A DNA stretch of 64,000 nt from contig JAQBUT010000013.1 in NCBI GenBank assembly GCA_027623195.1, positions 23,062 through 87,061 on the forward strand, written 5' to 3'. The notes below the pieces were generated by a model. It searched no databases and had not been told where the DNA came from. It saw nothing but the letters and a program-made list of their open reading frames with translations. Below, piece after piece: positions 57,591-64,000 of this stretch. A program made the translations under genes and the position numbers. This stretch comes from Chloroflexota bacterium (GTDB taxonomy: Bacteria > Chloroflexota > Dehalococcoidia > Lucifugimonadales > JADFKI01). Position 1 is the first letter of the stretch, and every line of letters begins with the position of its first letter.

Positions 57591-57622
57591 CATTAATAAA
57601 GAAACAAGTACTACCGGTAGGA

Positions 57623-58459
57623 CTAAACCTCTACAGGCACCAACTGTGACGAACCGTTCTTCTGCTGAACATAACCTGCTTTTGGGTCGTGGCCGTGGCC
57701 GAATATAACGAGCCAGCCGCCTTCGACAGCCATCTCAAGGAAGTCTTTCTTCTGCACCAGCGTCTCGTTGGGGTGCTCGTCCATCGCCTGTATGTAGGGT
57801 AGGGGCAGGTGGTAAGGCGTAGGGATAAGATCACTCACATATGCGATCTTCTCGCTGCCTCGTTCCACCAAAACAATCTGGTGTCCTGCCGAAGGTCCGT
57901 TAGTAACCTTCACTGTTAGACCAGGAATGACCTCGTAGTTGCCGTCGACGAACTCGATCAGGCCCTTCTCTTGCAAAGGCATGAAGTCGTCGTTATAAAA
58001 AGTGTGCTTGAAGCGCTCGTTGGGGGAGATGGCCTGTTCCCAACTACTCTTCTGCACCAGGTATTTTGCCTTGGGAAAAGTTGGAATCGCGTTGCCTGAG
58101 CGGTCCAGTTTCGTGCAGCCGCCGCTGTGGTCAAACTGTAGGTTGCTTAGGACAACCACGTCGATGTCCCTAGCCGTGAGCCCCAAGGCTCGGAGCCCTT
58201 TCAACAGCTTGTTCCCGTTGAGCCCATACACCTCTTTGAACTTGTCCTGCCGCTTGGATCCCGCTCCCGTGTCTACCAGAATGTTTACCTTGGGAGTTTG
58301 AACCAGCATGCAGTTTAACGCCAGTCGGATTCGGTTTCGGCGATCAGGTTTGATCTGCATTTCCCATTGTGCTTTGGGCACCTGTCCAAAAACGGAGCCG
58401 CCGTCCATAAGTATTGTGCCGTCGCTAACGATGTTTATGGTTGTTGTTCCTAGATTCAC
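57623..58459 (-). CDS. YtnP-like MBL-fold protein with altered metal site
   Basis: DGGSVFG.VPK..W, LVDTG; HxHxDH motif reads NLQFDH. Confidence 0.85.
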   Translation of the reverse strand: MNLGTTTINIVSDGTILMDGGSVFGQVPKAQWEMQIKPDRRNRIRLALNCMLVQTPKVNILVDTGAGSKRQDKFKEVYGLNGNKLLKGLRALGLTARDIDVVVLSNLQFDHSGGCTKLDRSGNAIPTFPKAKYLVQKSSWEQAISPNERFKHTFYNDDFMPLQEKGLIEFVDGNYEVIPGLTVKVTNGPSAGHQIVLVERGSEKIAYVSDLIPTPYHLPLPYIQAMDEHPNETLVQKKDFLEMAVEGGWLVIFGHGHDPKAGYVQQKNGSSQLVPVEV

Positions 58460-58535
58460 TCAATCGCACCTCTTTTTATTTTCGGCAACTGATCCATCAT
58501 TTGGCACTAAAGATTAACCCTGAAGTGCAATTGAG

Positions 58536-58564
58536 AAAGTACGCCCGCAGGATGGAAAAGTCAA
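58536..58564 (-). promoter_or_regulatory. Promoter for the MBL gene
   Basis: TTGACT-17-TACTTT on the minus strand. Confidence 0.55.
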
Positions 58565-58799
58565 GGCTTTTTCCAGTTTAATTTCGGGAATTAGTCGAGA
58601 TTGATATAGGTTATTGGGATTAAAGAATAATAATTCACCAAATGAACCTGACCTATTACGAATTTCGTAATTATCCTGAGGATTATGTCAGGTATTTAGC
58701 CCCATATGAAGCTAAAAGGTAAACGTAATGTTATATGCCTTAATTGCATATAGCCACATAAAACTATTCGTGGGTGCTGCAACGGATGGGCTTGCCTGC

Positions 58800-60095
58800 T
58801 TAAACTTTTAACTGATTTACTGCAAATTGGAAGGCGTCCAGGGTGCGGCGGACATCATCCTGGTCATGTGCCACCGATATATAGAACTTGGAGTCGCCTT
58901 TTAGGACCCCTTCTTCCAACAGCAGGGCATTGAATCGATTTAGTTGGGTCTTGTCTGCCCTCAGGGTCGAGCGGTAATCCGTGATCTCTTCTTCGGTGAA
59001 AAACACGTCAAAGAGGGGTGCCTCTCCAACCACCTTGGCTGGAATTTCGGCTTCGTCCATCAGGCGCTGAAGTTCGTCCTTCAACGTCTGGCCTGTGGCG
59101 AAAAGGCGCTCGTAGGTGCCGGGTCGTTTGAGTATCTCCAGGGTGGCCAGACCTGCCACGGCCGCAACTGGATTGCCGCTTAGCGTTCCGATCTGCGGTA
59201 GGAAGGCATCAGGCTCAGCAGACCTGTCGAAGTGGGCCATTATCTCGTCTTTCCCCGCCACCAGTGCCAACGGGAATCCTCCAGCTATGACCTTCCCCAT
59301 TGTGCATAGGTCAGGAGTCACCCCGTAAAACTCCTGTGCCCCGCCGTAGGCGAACCGAAACCCGGTCACGATCTCATCGAATATCAGCGGTATCTCGTAC
59401 TGGTTGGTAACGTCTCTCAACCCCTGAAGGAACCCGGGCTTTGGCGGTATAAGGCGTTGGAAAGGCTCGACTATGACTGCAGCCAGCTCGTCGTGGTGGC
59501 GCTCGATAATAGCCGAAGTAGTCTCTAGGTCGTTGAAAGGGGCTATAAGCATTTCGTTCTGAATCGACTTTGGTATACCGGCGGAGTCAGGAGTCGCCTG
59601 CGGGAAGTCTACGGGGTTCGTCGTGATCATGCTCATCAGGGCATAGTCGTGCATGCCGTGATACCCGCCCTCAAACTTCAGGACCTTGTCTCGTCCGCGA
59701 AATGCGCGGGCCGCGCGCATGGCGAAGAGTGTGGCCTCCGTGCCGCTGGTTGTGAACCGGACCTTCTCCGCGCATGCCACAGCGCTGACGATTTCCTCGG
59801 CCAGGAGTACCGCGTGCTCGTTGTTGGCGAAGAACGTCGTGCCCTTTTCCAACTGCTGTTGGACTGCGGCGATCACTTCTGGGTGGGCATGTCCTACCAG
59901 CATCGGGCCGGAGCCAAGCAGGTAGTCGACGTACTCGTTGCCGCTGGCATCCCGAACGCGGCCCGCCTTGCCTTCCGTGATCACGATGTTGTTGGTAAGG
60001 TTGCCCAGACTTCCCCCGGGCAGAACTTTGCGGGCCCGCCGCTCGATCTGTTTTTCCTGTTCGCTTATTTTTCGTTCAGGCAATTGGCCCTCCAC
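58800..60095 (-). CDS. Class III aminotransferase, GSA aminomutase (HemL)-like
   Basis: GPMLVGH, TSGTEAT, FEGGYHG, IFDEIVTGFR, MGKVIAGGFP, GTLSGNP. Confidence 0.88.
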   Translation of the reverse strand: MEGQLPERKISEQEKQIERRARKVLPGGSLGNLTNNIVITEGKAGRVRDASGNEYVDYLLGSGPMLVGHAHPEVIAAVQQQLEKGTTFFANNEHAVLLAEEIVSAVACAEKVRFTTSGTEATLFAMRAARAFRGRDKVLKFEGGYHGMHDYALMSMITTNPVDFPQATPDSAGIPKSIQNEMLIAPFNDLETTSAIIERHHDELAAVIVEPFQRLIPPKPGFLQGLRDVTNQYEIPLIFDEIVTGFRFAYGGAQEFYGVTPDLCTMGKVIAGGFPLALVAGKDEIMAHFDRSAEPDAFLPQIGTLSGNPVAAVAGLATLEILKRPGTYERLFATGQTLKDELQRLMDEAEIPAKVVGEAPLFDVFFTEEEITDYRSTLRADKTQLNRFNALLLEEGVLKGDSKFYISVAHDQDDVRRTLDAFQFAVNQLKV

Positions 60096-60329
60096 TTATA
60101 TTTGGATGAGACTTAGCTTAAAGTTTGCCAAAAACGTGGGAATCCGCGCGAGAATAGGCCATCCGATTACCACCTGTTTTCGCGGGGATTATAGCAGGCG
60201 CAGACAGGTAGCGGAAGCAGAAATCGTAGCCTATAATTAGGGCTGCTATTGGGCTCGAATTGTGGCAAAATTCTCACTTCTCAACACGCTGATGTAGGTT
60301 GGTGTGGTCAATTATTTCAGGAGGTCATC

Positions 60330-61826
60330 ATGGAGATAAAAGTCGTATCAGGCGACATTACCCAGCAGCAGGTAGGTGCGATTATCGTTAACCTGTTCCA
60401 AGGCGTAACGTCGCCTGGTGGAGCCACTGGCGCCGTGGACAAAGCGCTAGACGGAGCTATCTCCAAACTCATAGAGGACGGAGAAATTAAAGGGAAAAAG
60501 GGCGAGATCACACTTATTCATACGTTAGGTAAGATGACGCCCACACGGGTGGTGGTGGCAGGACTTGGCAAGCCGGAAGCCTTTACTTTAGGGGGCGTTA
60601 GTGACGTCGCTGCCCAGTGTGCCAGGCGTTTGCGAAGCATCGGTGTAAGCAGCGCCGCGACGATAGCACATGGTGCAGGCATAGGCGGGCTGGATGCGGG
60701 CGGCTGTGCTCAGGCTATCGCCGAGGGCACCATCATGGGTTTGTACAGGTTCGATAAGTACAAGTCGACCGACCCTGAAACTAATAGGTTTGACCAGTTG
60801 ACGGTTGTCGAGTCGGATAAATCCAAGGTTGGAGAACTGGAGCATGGTCTGGCCAGGGGGGTATCCATCGCCGAAGCCGTCAACCTGTGCCGCGACATGG
60901 GCAACGAGCCCGCTAATGTTATGACACCGTCAGAGATGGCGGAACGCGCCCTGTCCGTCGCGAATGACGTGGGCTTGAGTCTTAAGGTTTTAGAGAAGCC
61001 TCAAATGGCCGAGTTGGGCATGGGAGCCTTGCTAGGAGTCGCTCAGGGCAGTGAAGAGCCGCCCAAGTTCATCATATTGAATTACCAGGGAGACCCGGAT
61101 AACCCATCCAACAATATTGGCTTAGTGGGCAAAGGCATTACCTTCGATAGCGGTGGCCTGGATATAAAAAGCGCCGCTGGTATGTTGACTATGAAGAGCG
61201 ACATGTCCGGGGGCGCAGCCGTGATTGCTGCTATGAGAGCTATAGGCGCTCTGAAGCCAAAGGTTAACGTTACGGCCATCGTTCCGGCAACGGAGAACAT
61301 GCCCAGCGGTACGGCCCAACGCCCGGGTGACGTGGTCAGAGCCATGAACGGCAAAACCATCGAGATAGACAATACCGATGCTGAGGGTAGGCTGGTGTTG
61401 GCGGACGCTGTGGCCTATGCCTGCTCGATCGGATTGGGCAGAATCGTGGATGTGGCCACGCTAACCGGGGCAATCTCAATTGCTCTGGGCAACAAATGCA
61501 TGGGAGCCTTCGGAAACGATCAGGCGTTCACGGACCTGGTAATGGCGGCAGGCAACGGGGTAGGGGAACGAGTCTGGCAGTTACCCACGTGGGATGAGTA
61601 CAAGGAACAGTACAAGAGCGATATCGCTGACATGAGGAATACCGGAGGCCGGGGAGCCGGATCCATAACCGGAGCCATGATAATCGGCGAGTTCAACGAC
61701 GGTGCTTCGTGGGTACACTTGGATATTGCGGCTATGGCCAGGTCTGCTACAACCCAAGGCAGTACTTTGAAAGGCGCCACCGGCGTTCCTGTGCGCACGT
61801 TGGTGAATCTGGTTATGGGACTTTAA
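60330..61826 (+). CDS. pepA: Leucyl aminopeptidase (M17)
   Basis: VGKGITFDSGG, MKSDMSG, NTDAEGRL, ATLTGA, HLDIA; AGGAGG RBS. Confidence 0.95.
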   Translation: MEIKVVSGDITQQQVGAIIVNLFQGVTSPGGATGAVDKALDGAISKLIEDGEIKGKKGEITLIHTLGKMTPTRVVVAGLGKPEAFTLGGVSDVAAQCARRLRSIGVSSAATIAHGAGIGGLDAGGCAQAIAEGTIMGLYRFDKYKSTDPETNRFDQLTVVESDKSKVGELEHGLARGVSIAEAVNLCRDMGNEPANVMTPSEMAERALSVANDVGLSLKVLEKPQMAELGMGALLGVAQGSEEPPKFIILNYQGDPDNPSNNIGLVGKGITFDSGGLDIKSAAGMLTMKSDMSGGAAVIAAMRAIGALKPKVNVTAIVPATENMPSGTAQRPGDVVRAMNGKTIEIDNTDAEGRLVLADAVAYACSIGLGRIVDVATLTGAISIALGNKCMGAFGNDQAFTDLVMAAGNGVGERVWQLPTWDEYKEQYKSDIADMRNTGGRGAGSITGAMIIGEFNDGASWVHLDIAAMARSATTQGSTLKGATGVPVRTLVNLVMGL

Positions 61827-61938
61827 TGGGGCTCAGTTTGATATTAAAATGAATAAATAGTGATTAAACAGCATAAGTTGATTCCCTTGCATTCCTGTGT
61901 TAGGATGCCTGAAAATTCTGACAGTGGGGCTCATGCAG

Positions 61939-62265
61939 ATGTCGACAACACCTGGATGGACTTTCATTACTAATCACGGGCTTGTCTTGAGCTATATATT
62001 CCACAACACTAAAAGTACAGCTCGGGAGATAGCAAATTATGTTGGTGTGACGGAAAGGACGACTCATAAGATCATCTCCGATCTAGAGTCGGCGGGGTAC
62101 ATCGAACGCCGAAAGAGGGGCCGACGAAATATCTACCGCGTGGATCCTACTCTACCGTTACGTCACCACACCAAGCAGGACATACTCGTTGAAGAGGTCT
62201 TGGAGGCACTTACCACCAAGACAATCGACGTTGTTCGTGCCGCTACTGAGCAACAGCTGGCCTAG
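61939..62265 (+). CDS. Winged-helix transcriptional regulator (MarR-like)
   Basis: WTFITNH, REIA..VGVTER, DLESAGYI...GRRNIY. Confidence 0.82.
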   Translation: MSTTPGWTFITNHGLVLSYIFHNTKSTAREIANYVGVTERTTHKIISDLESAGYIERRKRGRRNIYRVDPTLPLRHHTKQDILVEEVLEALTTKTIDVVRAATEQQLA

Positions 62266-62309
62266 TTATAGCCTTCCGCTGGAGTTCACCCTCTCTTCCC
62301 TGCGTTAAT

Positions 62310-62338
62310 TTGACCCCCGTATTCGGCGGGTGTAAAAT
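62310..62338 (+). promoter_or_regulatory. Promoter for tRNA-His
   Basis: TTGACC-17-TAAAAT. Confidence 0.65.
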
Positions 62339-62361
62339 TTTCAAGGTGTATTAACGTGCAT

Positions 62362-62440
62362 GGTGAGCGTAGCCAAGTTGGTCTAAGGCGCCAGGTTGTG
62401 GTCCTGGAGATCGAGGGTTCGAATCCCTTCGCTCACCCCA
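62362..62440 (+). tRNA. tRNA-His (GUG)
   Basis: G-1:C73, acceptor GTGAGCG/CGCTCAC, anticodon arm CCAGG-TTGTGGT-CCTGG, encoded CCA. Confidence 0.96.
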
Positions 62441-62584
62441 AATCCTTGCAAACCTTTCTGTCACCACACGTAAACACCAGCCCCGGGGCATCGAAGTATT
62501 ACAGGCGGTCGCAAGAAATACTAATCTCTAAACTTAAAGCGTCCTGGCAGGCCCCTTCCAATTCGAACGACGGAGGGTACCTTA

Positions 62585-63733
62585 ATGTCGGAAGCCTTTA
62601 AAGACGTAACTGTGTTGCGTCAAGGCGATCCCCAGGGCAATCGCATGATTGTCCGCATCACCACCCACAGCGGTCTCGTAATTCACACCATCGCAGTTCC
62701 TCAGGATTGGCCCTCCGGCACCGGGCCTACTTGGGCATATCTGTTCGAAAACGAGGGGCTGACCCTCATTGATGCCGGCGCGGTAGGCTCCTACTCTATG
62801 CTAGCCGAGGGCATCAGGGAAGTCGGCTTCCAACCCCGCGATATCGATAGGGTAATCGTTACCCACGGGCATCAGGACCACGATGGCGCGGCAGGAGACC
62901 TGGCGAAAGACACAGGCGCGGAGATATGGGCACACGACATCTATGAGCATCTCCTCCCCCACAATCCCTGGGACGTTCAGCGCAAGGCAGCGTCTGCTAT
63001 TCAGGAGGAGATGGAGCGGGTCGTTAAGAATGACAAGGAAGCCAACGCTCCTGACTCGTCGAAAATGTCCAGCTATCGGGCTAGGCATGAGGACTACGTC
63101 GAAAAGCGCCGCCACTACCACGTCGGACACGGAGTTGGAGAGGGTGAGACCTTTGGCGGACTGACATTTATGCATGCGCCTGGCCATTCCCCGGACGAGA
63201 TATGCGTGATGATGGACGGCATAGTGTTTACCGGAGACCATGTTTTGCCGGAAATCACACCCCACCCCACCACTAGGACCTTGTACGGAGACGACATCAA
63301 GAGTTCGATGCCTGCGCACTTCCATGACGAGAGGGACTTCTACGGCCTGGCCACCTACCTCAAGTCCTTGCAAAAGGTAGTCGACCTGGGAGAGGAAGTT
63401 GCTGTCCTGCCGGCACATCGCCTGTTTAACAGGAACAAGTTCAACTTCCAGACCGTTTCCAGAGCGACGGAAGTGATCGATCATCATGCCGAAAGGCTAG
63501 GCCGCATACTTCGGCGAATCGGCACCAAGCCAACGACACTGGAGAGCATCACGCGCGGCGTCTTCTCCAAGCGCAAGCTTGTCGGCGGCAACCTGTACAT
63601 GGCCCTATCGGAGATCGTGGCCCACATCGAGCTTCTGGACGAGATCGGCGACCTGGAGGTGGCTGACGACCAGAGCCTTCGCTGGACCGGAGCCGAGAAC
63701 CACAAGCAGTTCATCAGCGACCTTACCGGTTAA
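62585..63733 (+). CDS. MBL-fold metallohydrolase with C-terminal winged helix
   Basis: LIDAG, THGHQDH, PGHS, GDH, LPAH. Confidence 0.88.
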   Translation: MSEAFKDVTVLRQGDPQGNRMIVRITTHSGLVIHTIAVPQDWPSGTGPTWAYLFENEGLTLIDAGAVGSYSMLAEGIREVGFQPRDIDRVIVTHGHQDHDGAAGDLAKDTGAEIWAHDIYEHLLPHNPWDVQRKAASAIQEEMERVVKNDKEANAPDSSKMSSYRARHEDYVEKRRHYHVGHGVGEGETFGGLTFMHAPGHSPDEICVMMDGIVFTGDHVLPEITPHPTTRTLYGDDIKSSMPAHFHDERDFYGLATYLKSLQKVVDLGEEVAVLPAHRLFNRNKFNFQTVSRATEVIDHHAERLGRILRRIGTKPTTLESITRGVFSKRKLVGGNLYMALSEIVAHIELLDEIGDLEVADDQSLRWTGAENHKQFISDLTG

Positions 63734-63844
63734 CTCAGAAGGGTTTATAATGTAACGGTTTGGCGAGAGGATATAGCCATCGTAGTGTTAGGTTGACCTA
63801 AGTGTTGAGCCCACTACGGCCCCCGCCACAACTTCTCAAAACAT

Positions 63845-63920
63845 GCGCCAGTAGCTCAGTGGATAGAGCATCGGTCTTCGGAACCGAGGGTCGGGGGTTC
63901 GAATCCCTTCTGGCGCACCA
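63845..63920 (+). tRNA. tRNA-Arg (UCG)
   Basis: Acceptor GCGCCAG/CTGGCGC, anticodon arm TCGGT-CTTCGGA-ACCGA, A20-type D-loop, encoded CCA. Confidence 0.93.
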
Positions 63921-64000
63921 CACTTCCAGCACATAATAGGCTCATTACTGTCCCGTTCCTATTCGTTTTGACTTTGTGACCATTGGTCACTATTCTAACA

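Noticed and set aside
1..64000. CRISPR array, rRNA, prophage, IS elements; Sec read-through of the annotated TGA-ending CDSs
   Set aside because: No regularly spaced repeats, rRNA signatures, phage genes or transposases were seen; the TGA-ending genes already appear full length for their families.

Overview
A ~64 kb stretch of mostly core chromosome from a moderately GC-rich bacterium. The gene repertoire (stand-alone Smr, divergent Lgt, PPOX/F420-type protein, GGT-like and SDR paralogs, GldAFG-like ABC system) suggests Chloroflexota, probably Dehalococcoidia/SAR202-like; this placement is an inference. It holds about 60 CDSs: DNA repair/recombination (rarA, uvrC, xerD, recJ), selenocysteine machinery (selA, tRNA-Sec), coaE, speD-like + speB, iscS, trxA, lutABC, glycerate kinase, nfeD/SPFH, lgt, fabF, mtaB and pepA. 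There are three tRNAs: Sec-UCA, His-GUG and Arg-UCG. No CRISPR array, rRNA, prophage or intact mobile element is visible. Most notable observations: (1) a cryptic small membrane gene at 2.1-2.3 kb that, with one +1 shift at CCC-U, reads a Met-rich U-P-U (double UGA) motif followed by a SECIS-like hairpin, in a genome encoding SelA and tRNA-Sec; (2) a coaE-CbbQ/NorQ AAA+ - CoA-Nudix - 1093-aa CbbO/NorD VWA operon with no RuBisCO or NO-reductase client nearby and a long internal RNA hairpin; (3) several enzymes with specifically rewired active sites (MBL lacking the whole Zn1 site, Lgt, PIN, CinA-PncC, GGT, SNase); (4) unassigned structured RNA leaders before tRNA-Sec and lgt. Functional calls come from motif recognition only; no database searches were run.
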